Shown: positions 23,372 through 30,980 of the stretch, piece by piece
Numbering within the stretch: the stretch's first letter is position 1
Layout of the letters: each line of letters opens with the position of its first letter
Source of the DNA: Bacillota bacterium
GTDB taxonomy: Bacteria > Bacillota > Clostridia > Lachnospirales > CAG-274
Direction: 5' to 3'
Assembly (NCBI GenBank): GCA_017543265.1
Contig: JAFYGI010000053.1
Coordinates: forward strand, 12,516 to 44,515
DNA length: 32,000 nt
Notes under the pieces: generated by a model
What the model saw: only the letters and a program-made list of their open reading frames with translations
Database searches by the model: none
What the model was told of the DNA's origin: nothing
Position numbers and translations under genes: made by a program

Positions 23372-25363
23372 CTATTCTTTTATAATATCGACGGGTGCAA
23401 GCACGATCGCCGTTCTGGGCGGCATATAAAGCCTGATGTTATTGCCCTCCATACCGGGGGTGTAAGCACTTACCGTGTTATGGTGGATATTTCCAAAGCC
23501 GTTATAGCGCCAGTCGTCCGTGGTGAACAGCACCTTGTGGTCAACGCCCTTTGAAACGGGTATTGCGTAGTCCGAATATGCCCTTGACGGGTCAAAGTTG
23601 AATACAAATACCAATCCGCCGCGCTCAAAGGCTATTACATGGTCGTCGCAGTGCATCCATTTAAGGTCGGGCCATATCTGGTCAAAGATACGGTACTTCT
23701 TTGCGACGGCTATCATATCGTGGTCAAAATCGTTAAGACATTGATATTTAAGCTCGTTGTTGTTAAGCAGGCTCCATTGTCTGCGGCAGTAATGGAAGCT
23801 GCTGCCGTTGCCCTCGCGCGGGAAGTCTATCCACTCGGGGTGGCCAAACTCGTTGCCCATAAAGTTAAGGTAGCCCGTGCCGCCTGCCGCCATGGTGATA
23901 AGCCTTATCATTTTATGCAGCGCTATTGCGCGGTCTATGGTGGGGTTGTGGCAGCTTTTGTTCATGTCGGTATACATTGCCGCATCCGCCAGCCAGAATA
24001 TAATGGTCTTGTCGCCTACAAGCGCTTGGTCGTGGCTTTCGGCATAGGCGATGGTGGGCGCATTGCGGAAGGTCATCTCATGCCATATCCAGTCAAGGTT
24101 CCAATCCTCGTCCTTAAACTCCTTGCAAAGCTTTATCCAAAGGTCGGGCAGACCCATGCCAAGGCGGAAGTCAAAGCCTATGCCGCCGTCGTCTATCGGG
24201 TCGCACATACCCGGCATACCCGACATATCCTCGGCAATGGTTATCGCATCGGGGTTTATGTCGTGTATCAGCTCGTTTGCAAGCTGGAGGTAGTTGACTG
24301 CCTCCAGATCGGTGTTCATGGAGAAATACATATCCAGGCTGTTAAAGTCGCTGCCAAGGGCATGGTCGTTATACAGCATGGAGGTTACGCCGTCAAAGCG
24401 GAAGCCGTCAAAGTGGAATTCCTCCATCCAGAATTTAAGGTTGCTCAAAAGAAAATGTATTACCTCGGGCTTGTCGTAGTTAAAGCACTTTGTGCCCCAT
24501 GCGGGGTGGTCGCCCTTTCCGCCCGAGTGGAAGAACTGATAATCGGTGCCGTCAAACATATTTATACCCTCGAGCGTGTTGCCTACCGCGTGGGAGTGTA
24601 CCACGTCCAAAAGTACGCGGATACCCATTTCATGCGCCTTGTTTACAAGGTATTTAAGCTCGTCGGGGGTGCCGAAGCGGCTGGAGGCCGCAAAGAAATT
24701 GCTGACCTGATAACCGAAGCTGCCGTAGAACGGATGCTCCATTACCGCCATAAGCTGTACCGTGTTATAGCCGCCGTCCTTGATGTGCGGCAGTATGTTG
24801 TCCGCAAACTCGGTATAGGTAGCGATCTTGTATTCCTCGCTTGCCATGCCGACGTGTGCCTCGTAAATAATGGGCGGCTCGTCACATTTGAAGTTTTCGT
24901 CCGTCCAGGGATAGGGTTCAAGGTCGTCCCAAACCTCGCAGCACCAGCTTCCGTTTTTCCAGTCCTGCAATGCACGGCGCGTATAAAGCGGCAAATGCTG
25001 CGTGCGCCTGTCGTTGTTTTCGACAACGGTTATTACCTTGCTGCCCTTGTGCAGCCTGTCATCGGGCAGGGTTATCTCCCACACGCCGTTTTCAAGCTTT
25101 TCCATAGGGTCGTCAAGCCATTGCCAGTTGTTGAAATCTCCCGTAAGATAAAGACGATCGGCCGCAGGTGCCCACTCGCGGTATACCCAGCCGCCCTTTA
25201 TCTTGTGAAAGCCGAAAAATTGATGCGCGTTTGCAAACTCTTTGAGCGATCTTTGCCCCTGAAGTATCTGGCCGCGCTTACCCCAATAGCGCTTCATCCT
25301 CAGATCTATGTCGTCCTCGTAGGGTGCCAGTTCGGGATGGTTGGTTATAATTTTGTACTCCAT
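23372..25363 (-). CDS. glgB: 1,4-alpha-glucan branching enzyme (GH13)
   Basis: GH13 catalytic regions DVVHSH, GFRFDGVTSM, IAEDMSG and YAESHDQ. Start trimmed to ATG 25363 (GGAGAGGAG RBS 7 nt upstream). The ORF-track start at 25402 has no RBS. Confidence 0.93.
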   Translation of the reverse strand: MEYKIITNHPELAPYEDDIDLRMKRYWGKRGQILQGQRSLKEFANAHQFFGFHKIKGGWVYREWAPAADRLYLTGDFNNWQWLDDPMEKLENGVWEITLPDDRLHKGSKVITVVENNDRRTQHLPLYTRRALQDWKNGSWCCEVWDDLEPYPWTDENFKCDEPPIIYEAHVGMASEEYKIATYTEFADNILPHIKDGGYNTVQLMAVMEHPFYGSFGYQVSNFFAASSRFGTPDELKYLVNKAHEMGIRVLLDVVHSHAVGNTLEGINMFDGTDYQFFHSGGKGDHPAWGTKCFNYDKPEVIHFLLSNLKFWMEEFHFDGFRFDGVTSMLYNDHALGSDFNSLDMYFSMNTDLEAVNYLQLANELIHDINPDAITIAEDMSGMPGMCDPIDDGGIGFDFRLGMGLPDLWIKLCKEFKDEDWNLDWIWHEMTFRNAPTIAYAESHDQALVGDKTIIFWLADAAMYTDMNKSCHNPTIDRAIALHKMIRLITMAAGGTGYLNFMGNEFGHPEWIDFPREGNGSSFHYCRRQWSLLNNNELKYQCLNDFDHDMIAVAKKYRIFDQIWPDLKWMHCDDHVIAFERGGLVFVFNFDPSRAYSDYAIPVSKGVDHKVLFTTDDWRYNGFGNIHHNTVSAYTPGMEGNNIRLYMPPRTAIVLAPVDIIKE

Positions 25364-25688
25364 AAAAAAACTCCTCTCCGTGCTTGCGGCATTGCTCTGC
25401 ACGGTGCCGCAGCGTAATATTAAACGGCAAAAGCATCTGCACTTCGGGTGTTTACCGTATATCGGCCGCCTTTAAAGACTTATCTGCGCCCTCAAAGGTG
25501 CCCTGCTTTTATTTTACTATTTATTTGCGCGAAAATCAATAGCCAAACTCTTTTGACTTTCCCCATTTTTCCGCATAATTATTGTTTAAAACGCCGAAAA
25601 ACACTTGCGTTTTTGCCTATCGGCGTTATCGCATACGTTGCGTTTTTTATAATACTGCTTACGGCGTAACTTATCATTTTTATTCACA

Positions 25689-25836
25689 TTATAAAAAACT
25701 ACCGCTAATAGAACACGCGGCAAAAACGCAAATGTTTCTTCCTGTGAGTGTTTTTCCACTCAAAAGGAAGATTATTTGCGGGGCTTGCCGAATTCTTGCC
25801 AATAACTTGCGGTAAAACGCAAATGTTTCTTCCTGT
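25689..25836 (+). repeat. Dispersed repeat family copy with an internal 28-nt direct repeat
   Basis: GCGGCAAAAACGCAAATGTTTCTTCCTGT (25717-25745) and GCGGTAAAACGCAAATGTTTCTTCCTGT (25809-25836). An inverted partial copy CACTTGCGTTTTTGCC lies at 25601-25616. A hairpin CTTCCTGTGAGTG-TTTTTC-CACTCAAAAGGAAG lies at 25738-25770. Related to 793-900. Confidence 0.7.
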
Positions 25837-25859
25837 TCGTCACACATTGATCCTTGCGC

Positions 25860-26417
25860 TTATTCAAATTTTTTGCCCGCGCTCCACGCACCGCCGACTT
25901 TTCCGCCTATTTCGCGGTAGCAAAGGGCAACGGAATCAAACATAATGGGGTGAAGCTTTTCAAGATCGACCTTGCCGTCGGTAAGCACGCTTTCGTCCGC
26001 CTTCATACCCACTATCTCGGCAACGACCCTCGTCTCGTTAAATTCCTCCTGAAGCTCAAGCACTCTGCACTCTATCGCAACGGGAAGCTGGTCTATTATC
26101 GGAGCATTCACCTTGTCGGACTTGGTTACGGTAAAGCCGCATTTTTCAAGCTTATCCGATACCTTGCCGCCCGAAACGATGCCCACATAATCGCAGGAGT
26201 CTACCTGCTCCTTTGTGGCAAAGCTGACCGTAAATTCCTTGTTTGTCTTGATGTTTTGCGTTGTTTTGTGCGGCGAAAGGCTTATGGAAAGCTTGTTCAT
26301 CCCCACCTGTCCGCCCCAGGCTGCGTTCATCGCATCCGCCTTGCCGTTTTCGTCGTAGGTGGCAATGATAAATACGGGATGCGGTGTTAAAAATCCTTTG
26401 TTAAAGCTTTTTTTCAT
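25860..26417 (-). CDS. Flavin reductase-like (FMN-binding split-barrel, flavoredoxin family) protein
   Basis: 185 aa. PHPVFIIATYDENGKADAMNAAWGG... is the typical flavoredoxin N-terminus. AGGAGG RBS. Confidence 0.8.
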   Translation of the reverse strand: MKKSFNKGFLTPHPVFIIATYDENGKADAMNAAWGGQVGMNKLSISLSPHKTTQNIKTNKEFTVSFATKEQVDSCDYVGIVSGGKVSDKLEKCGFTVTKSDKVNAPIIDQLPVAIECRVLELQEEFNETRVVAEIVGMKADESVLTDGKVDLEKLHPIMFDSVALCYREIGGKVGGAWSAGKKFE

Positions 26418-26487
26418 TGTGATACCTCCTTTGATGTATTATCGGGTTAGTATATAATAATTATAATGGATAAAAATGATAATGTCA

Positions 26488-26517
26488 ATTGACAGGGCGG
26501 GTAAATTTGATTTATAC
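26488..26517 (+). promoter_or_regulatory. Candidate promoter of the patatin-like gene
   Basis: TTGACA (26488-26493), 18 nt, TATACT (26512-26517). The ORF-track start at 26489 is the TTG of this -35 box. Confidence 0.5.
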
Positions 26518-26563
26518 TTATCGTAAACATCAAAAAAATTCGGTGCTTGCGGGGGTGAAAAAC

Positions 26564-27373
26564 GTGCAAAGCGATAAATGGGGACTGGTGCTTGCGGGCG
26601 GCGGCGGAAACGGCGCATTTGAAATGGGTGTGTGGCAGGCATTGCGGGAAACGGACAAATACGATATCGCCGCTGTGTCGGGCAGCTCGGTCGGGGCGCT
26701 GAATGCCGCGTTTTTTGCGGCGGACAGCTACGATACGGCGCTTGCGCTGTGGCAAAGCATAGACGATGCGGATATAAAAATACCGCTTAACGCCGCCAAA
26801 AAGCAGGACGGCGAGAGCCGCGGCGGCATCTGGTCAAGCGAGGGCGTGGAAAAAATACTGCGCAGACAGGGCTTTGCCGAAAGCGTGAAAAATGCGGCCA
26901 TACCCTGCGCGGTGTGCTGTACCCTTGCGCCCGAGACCGCAAAGCAGCGCGCGCGTGCGCTTATGACCTATACCGACAGCATGCGGTATTTTACCCTTAA
27001 CGGGCAGGAGTGTGAGCGCATAATCAGGATACTGCTTGCCAGCGCGGCCATATCCCACGGCTTTCCCGAGCAGAAGATAGACGGCAGATTTTACCGCGAC
27101 GGCGATAACGTGGGCAGAGGGGATTGTATGCCCGTACAGCCGCTTTACGATATGGGGTACAGAAATTTTATCGTGGTGCATCTTGATAACTATAAAAAAC
27201 TGCGCCTTTCCCGTGAAGCGAGGGAGGATGCATCCGTAAGGTATATACATATAAGGCCGCCGCACGATCTGGACAACCCCCTTACCATACTTGATTTCGG
27301 GCACGAAAGCAATTTAAGCAGGATAAAAATGGGCTATGAAGCGGGCAAAAGGGCGCTTGCGGGGGACTTGTGA
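26564..27373 (+). CDS. Patatin-like phospholipase family protein
   Basis: Oxyanion motif LAGGGGNG and nucleophile elbow GSSVG. Start set to GTG 26564, 8 nt after GGGGG(TGA), downstream of the predicted promoter. Confidence 0.8.
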   Translation: MQSDKWGLVLAGGGGNGAFEMGVWQALRETDKYDIAAVSGSSVGALNAAFFAADSYDTALALWQSIDDADIKIPLNAAKKQDGESRGGIWSSEGVEKILRRQGFAESVKNAAIPCAVCCTLAPETAKQRARALMTYTDSMRYFTLNGQECERIIRILLASAAISHGFPEQKIDGRFYRDGDNVGRGDCMPVQPLYDMGYRNFIVVHLDNYKKLRLSREAREDASVRYIHIRPPHDLDNPLTILDFGHESNLSRIKMGYEAGKRALAGDL

Positions 27374-27403
27374 AAAAAAATTAAAAAAATTAGGAAAAAG
27401 GTA

Positions 27404-27432
27404 TTGACAAAATAAAAATTATGCCTTATAAT
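27404..27432 (+). promoter_or_regulatory. Consensus sigma-A promoter of the tRNA operon
   Basis: TTGACA (27404-27409), exactly 17 nt, TATAAT (27427-27432). A leader hairpin TGCCGAGCC-AAAC-GGCTTGGCA lies at 27441-27462. Confidence 0.7.
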
Positions 27433-27475
27433 AGTTTTTGTTGCCGAGCCAAACGGCTTGGCAGTTGAATAACTT

Positions 27476-27560
27476 GCAGCAGTGGCGGAATTGGCATACG
27501 CGCAAGACTAAGGATCTTGTCCGGGTTAACTGGGTACGGGTTCAAGTCCCGTCTGCTGCA
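27476..27560 (+). tRNA. tRNA-Leu, type II (long variable arm); hand-folded anticodon AAG
   Basis: Acceptor GCAGCAG/CTGCTGC. Anticodon stem CAAGA/TCTTG with loop C-T-A-A-G-G-A, so positions 34-36 are AAG and 37 is G. T arm ACGGG-TTCAAGT-CCCGT. No encoded CCA. Confidence 0.8.
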
Positions 27561-27566
27561 TTTTTT

Positions 27567-27638
27567 GCGCGAGTGGCTCAGTGGTAGAGCATCGCCTTGC
27601 CAAGGCGAGGGTCGCGGGTTCGAATCCCGTCTCGCGCT
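27567..27638 (+). tRNA. tRNA-Gly (GCC)
   Basis: Acceptor GCGCGAG/CTCGCGC. Anticodon stem TCGCC/GGCGA with loop TT-GCC-AA. T loop TTCGAAT. Confidence 0.9.
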
Positions 27639-27680
27639 TTTTGCCTTATTGGCGGTGATGTGTCCTGTGCTTCGCATTAT

Positions 27681-27753
27681 AGGGTCGTCGCCAAGCGGTA
27701 AGGCACAGGGTTTTGATCCCTGCATTCCGCAGGTTCGAATCCTGCCGGCCCTG
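27681..27753 (+). tRNA. tRNA-Gln (TTG)
   Basis: Acceptor AGGGTCG/CGGCCCT. D arm GCC-AAGCGGTAA-GGC. Anticodon stem CAGGG/CCCTG with loop TT-TTG-AT. T arm GCAGG-TTCGAAT-CCTGC. Confidence 0.85.
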
Positions 27754-27776
27754 CTTTTTTCGGGTCAATTTAATAT

Positions 27777-27849
27777 AGGGCTGTCGCCAAGTGGTAAGGC
27801 AACGGATTCTGATTCCGTCATTCCGCAGGTTCGAATCCTGCCAGCCTTG
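27777..27849 (+). tRNA. tRNA-Gln (CTG)
   Basis: Acceptor AGGGCTG/CAGCCTT. Anticodon stem ACGGA/TCCGT with loop TT-CTG-AT. T arm identical to the preceding tRNA-Gln. Confidence 0.85.
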
Positions 27850-27853
27850 TTCG

Positions 27854-27886
27854 GGTACCCCGGTTTTTGCCGGGGTATCTTTTTTG
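27854..27886 (+). terminator. Terminator of the tRNA operon
   Basis: GGTACCCCGG-TTTTTG-CCGGGGTATC followed by TTTTTT. Confidence 0.85.
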
Positions 27887-28073
27887 GCTTTTTTATTACT
27901 GCTGTCCCGGAGCCGTTTTTTGAAGATATGAGGCGGGCTTAAAATAACGTTTAACACTTTTTGTTATGCTTAATTTGGGCTTGAAAAACTCGGCTTTTTG
28001 TAGTATCATAAGCTAAGAGGAATTTTTGGTATAGCATTAAAAATATAATTGACATATAAGGAGGCAGATATCC

Positions 28074-29261
28074 ATGATATCCGATAAAATGAGCGGTCTG
28101 GTAAAAAACAGCTCCGCTATACGCGCAATGTTTGAAGAGGGCAAGATAATGGCGGCCAAGTACGGCAAGGAAAATGTATATGATTTTTCGCTGGGCAACC
28201 CTTCGATAGTGCCGCCCAAGGAAGTAAAGCAGGCTGTGTTTGATGTCCTGAACGAGGAGCCGGAGATGTTTGTGCACGGCTATATGAATAACGCAGGCTA
28301 CGAGGACGTAAGAAAAACCGTTGCACAGTACACAAACAAGACCCACGGCACAAACTTTACGGAAAAGAATATCGTTATGACCGTAGGTGCGGCGGGCGGA
28401 CTTAATATCGCGCTTAAGGCCGTTGTAAACCCGGGTGAGGAGATAATCGTCATTGCGCCGTATTTTGGCGAGTACGACAATTATATCAGCAATGTTGACG
28501 GCGTAGAGGTGGTAATAAGCCCCGATACACAGCGTTTTTCCATCAATTTTGACGAGCTGGAGCAAAAAATAACTCCCAAGACACGTGCCCTTATAATCAA
28601 CAGCCCGAACAACCCCACGGGTGCCGTTTACACGGAGGACGACATCAAGCGCCTTGCAGCCGTGCTTGAAAGCAAGCAGAAGCAGTACGGCACGGTCATC
28701 TTCCTTATTGCGGACGAGCCCTACCGTGAGCTGGCGTTCGGCGGTATAAAGGTGCCGTATCTTACAAAGTATTACAAAAATACCTTTGTGGGCTACAGCT
28801 TTTCAAAAAGCCTTTCGCTTCCGGGCGAGCGCATAGGCTATCTTGTTATACCCTCCGAAATGGAGGATTTTGATGCGGTGTTCGGCGCGGTGTGCGTCGC
28901 AAACCGTATAATGGGCTTTGTAAACGCGCCCTCGCTTATGCAGAGGGTGGTAGCAAGGGTAATAGGGATGACCAGCGATATAAGCGTATACGAGGAAAAC
29001 AAAAACATACTCTACAAGGCACTTACGGAGTACGGCTTTGAAATGGTGGAGCCCAAGGGCACATTTTATATGTTCCCCAAGTCGCTCATACCCGATGATA
29101 AGGCGTTTTGTGCCGCAGCCAAGGAGTTCAGGCTGATACTGGTGCCGGGCTCTACCTTTGGCTGTCCCGGTCATTTCCGCATGGCATACTGCGTTGACAA
29201 GCAGACGGTGCTTAACAGCCTGCCGTCGTTCAAGGCACTTGCCGAAAAGTTTAAGCAGTGA
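28074..29261 (+). CDS. PLP-dependent aminotransferase, class I (aspartate/aromatic aminotransferase-like)
   Basis: 395 aa. PLP lysine context YSFSKSLSLPGERIGY and INSPNNPTG. AAGGAGG RBS. Confidence 0.88.
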   Translation: MISDKMSGLVKNSSAIRAMFEEGKIMAAKYGKENVYDFSLGNPSIVPPKEVKQAVFDVLNEEPEMFVHGYMNNAGYEDVRKTVAQYTNKTHGTNFTEKNIVMTVGAAGGLNIALKAVVNPGEEIIVIAPYFGEYDNYISNVDGVEVVISPDTQRFSINFDELEQKITPKTRALIINSPNNPTGAVYTEDDIKRLAAVLESKQKQYGTVIFLIADEPYRELAFGGIKVPYLTKYYKNTFVGYSFSKSLSLPGERIGYLVIPSEMEDFDAVFGAVCVANRIMGFVNAPSLMQRVVARVIGMTSDISVYEENKNILYKALTEYGFEMVEPKGTFYMFPKSLIPDDKAFCAAAKEFRLILVPGSTFGCPGHFRMAYCVDKQTVLNSLPSFKALAEKFKQ

Positions 29262-29276
29262 TCCGGGGGATATGTA

Positions 29277-30155
29277 ATGGACAGGATAAACATATTTGCA
29301 AGGGCAAAGATAAATACTGCCCTTGATGTTGTCGGCAAACGCGAGGACGGATACCACGACCTGCGCATGATAATGCAGACGGTCAACCTTTGTGACAATA
29401 TAACCATATCCAAAAGCAAGGAAAAGGGCATAAGGCTTCAAAGCAATCTGTCATGGCTGCCCTGCGACAGCCGCAACCTTGTGTACCGCGCCGCGCAGGA
29501 GATGATAGATGCCTGCGGCATAAAGGGCGGTGTGGATATAGAGCTTAAAAAACGCATACCCGCGGCGGCGGGGCTTGCGGGCGGCAGTGCGGACTGTGCG
29601 GCAACGCTTATCGGTATGCGCTCGCTTTACGGGATAAATATGCCCAACGAGCAGCTTATGAAAATAGGCGAGTCTTTGGGTGCGGATGTGCCGTTTTGCA
29701 TAATGCGCGGTACGGCGCTGGCAGAGGGCAAGGGCGAGATACTTACCCCCCTTCCGCCGTTTCCCGATACCTTTGTGCTGCTTGCAAAGCCGCCGATAAA
29801 TGTGTCCACACCTGTCATTTTTAAGGAGTTTTCACAGGCAGAGGTCAAGGAACGCCCCGATATAGAAAAAATGATAGCTTACATAAAGCAGGGCGATCTT
29901 AAGGGCATCTGCGAAACGATGTGCAACGTTCTGGAGACCGTCACCGTAAACAAATATCCCGTCATAAGCGACATAAAGCGCTCCATGATGGAATACGGCG
30001 CAGACGGCAGTATGATGAGCGGCAGCGGCCCCACCGTGTTCGGCTTCTACGACAGCTACGAAAAGGGGCTGGAGGCGCTTAAATTTATACGCAGCCGCTA
30101 TCATATCAAAGAGATACACCTTACAACGGTGTTTAACAACAAAGGCAAAATGTGA
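29277..30155 (+). CDS. ispE: 4-diphosphocytidyl-2-C-methyl-D-erythritol kinase
   Basis: FARAKINTALDVVGKREDGYHDL and the GHMP kinase motif KRIPAAAGLAGGSADCAA. Confidence 0.92.
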   Translation: MDRINIFARAKINTALDVVGKREDGYHDLRMIMQTVNLCDNITISKSKEKGIRLQSNLSWLPCDSRNLVYRAAQEMIDACGIKGGVDIELKKRIPAAAGLAGGSADCAATLIGMRSLYGINMPNEQLMKIGESLGADVPFCIMRGTALAEGKGEILTPLPPFPDTFVLLAKPPINVSTPVIFKEFSQAEVKERPDIEKMIAYIKQGDLKGICETMCNVLETVTVNKYPVISDIKRSMMEYGADGSMMSGSGPTVFGFYDSYEKGLEALKFIRSRYHIKEIHLTTVFNNKGKM

Positions 30156-30173
30156 TATTTGGAGGAATGGATC

Positions 30174-30467
30174 ATGAAAAAGTTTTTTCTGTTTCTTGTG
30201 ATCGCAGCCATAGTCACGGTCTTTTATACAGAACAGACCGGCAAGACCAATTTCCGCCAGATGTTTTCAGAAAAGGTGCTCGGTTTGACCGAGGAGGAAG
30301 AAACCACAGAAGAAGAATACCAATATACACTTGAAAAACATGATACATCCGATTGGGACCCGGGCAAAGAGGCTATAAAGGATGCGGATTCATACCATAA
30401 AGAGGCCAAGACCTTTGCAAACCAGGCCAAAAATACCGTCGATGTGATAAACGACGCGGCAAAGTGA
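30174..30467 (+). CDS. Small N-terminally anchored protein, acidic, unknown function
   Basis: 97 aa. MKKFFLFLVIAAIVTVFY is the anchor, followed by an E/T-rich segment. GGAGG RBS (30161-30165) 8 nt upstream. The ORF-track TTG at 30159 overlaps that RBS. Confidence 0.6.
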   Translation: MKKFFLFLVIAAIVTVFYTEQTGKTNFRQMFSEKVLGLTEEEETTEEEYQYTLEKHDTSDWDPGKEAIKDADSYHKEAKTFANQAKNTVDVINDAAK

Positions 30468-30979
30468 TGCAGGTAAAACGGCTTACGCGGACGGCGCTTA
30501 TGCTGGCGCTTATAATTGTTTTGTCCGTATTGGAAAATATGCTGCCTCCGCTGCCCGCTCTTCCTCCGGGTGTACATTTGGGGCTCAGCAACATAGTGAC
30601 GATGTATGCGCTGTTTGTCGTTGACAAAAAAACGGCGGTGGTGCTTAACATTCTTAAATCTTTTTTTGTGTTTCTTACACGAGCGGCTATTGCCGGGGCA
30701 CTCAGCTTTCTGGGCGGTATGCTGTCGATATTTGCGATAATGCTTGCAAGCCGTCTTTTCGGCAAAAAGGTAAGCTATACCGCGCTTGGCGTTACGGGCG
30801 CGGTGTTTCATAATATAGGCCAGCTTATCGGCATAACCGTTATACTGGCTAACCCTGCGGCTGTCGGCTATCTGCCCGTGCTTATCGTTTCGGGCGTGGT
30901 CATGGGCAGCGTTACGGGTACAATTTTGAATGTTGTTATGCCAAGACTTAAAACCATAGAAACCAAAAATGGGAATTGA
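30467..30979 (+). CDS. Gx transporter family membrane protein (PF07456-like, 'heptaprenyl diphosphate synthase component I' misnomer family)
   Basis: About 170 aa, 5 TM. LSVLENMLPPLPALPPGVHLGLSNIVTMYAL is characteristic of the family as I remember it. The ATG overlaps the upstream TGA (TGATG). GTG 30464 is also possible. Confidence 0.7.
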   Translation: MQVKRLTRTALMLALIIVLSVLENMLPPLPALPPGVHLGLSNIVTMYALFVVDKKTAVVLNILKSFFVFLTRAAIAGALSFLGGMLSIFAIMLASRLFGKKVSYTALGVTGAVFHNIGQLIGITVILANPAAVGYLPVLIVSGVVMGSVTGTILNVVMPRLKTIETKNGN

Positions 30980-30980
30980 T

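Noticed and set aside
25582-25945. Small ORFs 25582-25815 and 25748-25945 that share the peptide KTQMFLPV
   Set aside because: The shared peptide comes from the 28-nt DNA direct repeat read in two different frames (92-nt offset). There is no RBS, and composition is typical of non-coding AT-rich DNA.
26489-26563. N-terminal 25-codon extension of the patatin ORF given in the ORF track
   Set aside because: The proposed TTG start is the first three bases of a TTGACA -35 box, so the extension would lie upstream of the predicted TSS. A GTG with a good RBS follows at 26564.
26564-27373. Patatin-like lipase as a defence effector (CBASS or other antiphage system)
   Set aside because: It stands alone with its own promoter. 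No cyclase, sensor, NTPase or other defence-associated partner is adjacent. The neighbours are a flavin reductase and a tRNA operon.
27426-27957. ORFs 27426-27725(-), 27517-27942(+) and 27646-27957(-) overlapping the tRNA cluster
   Set aside because: The region folds into four canonical tRNAs with a consensus promoter and a terminator. The ORFs are read-through artefacts of tRNA sequence.
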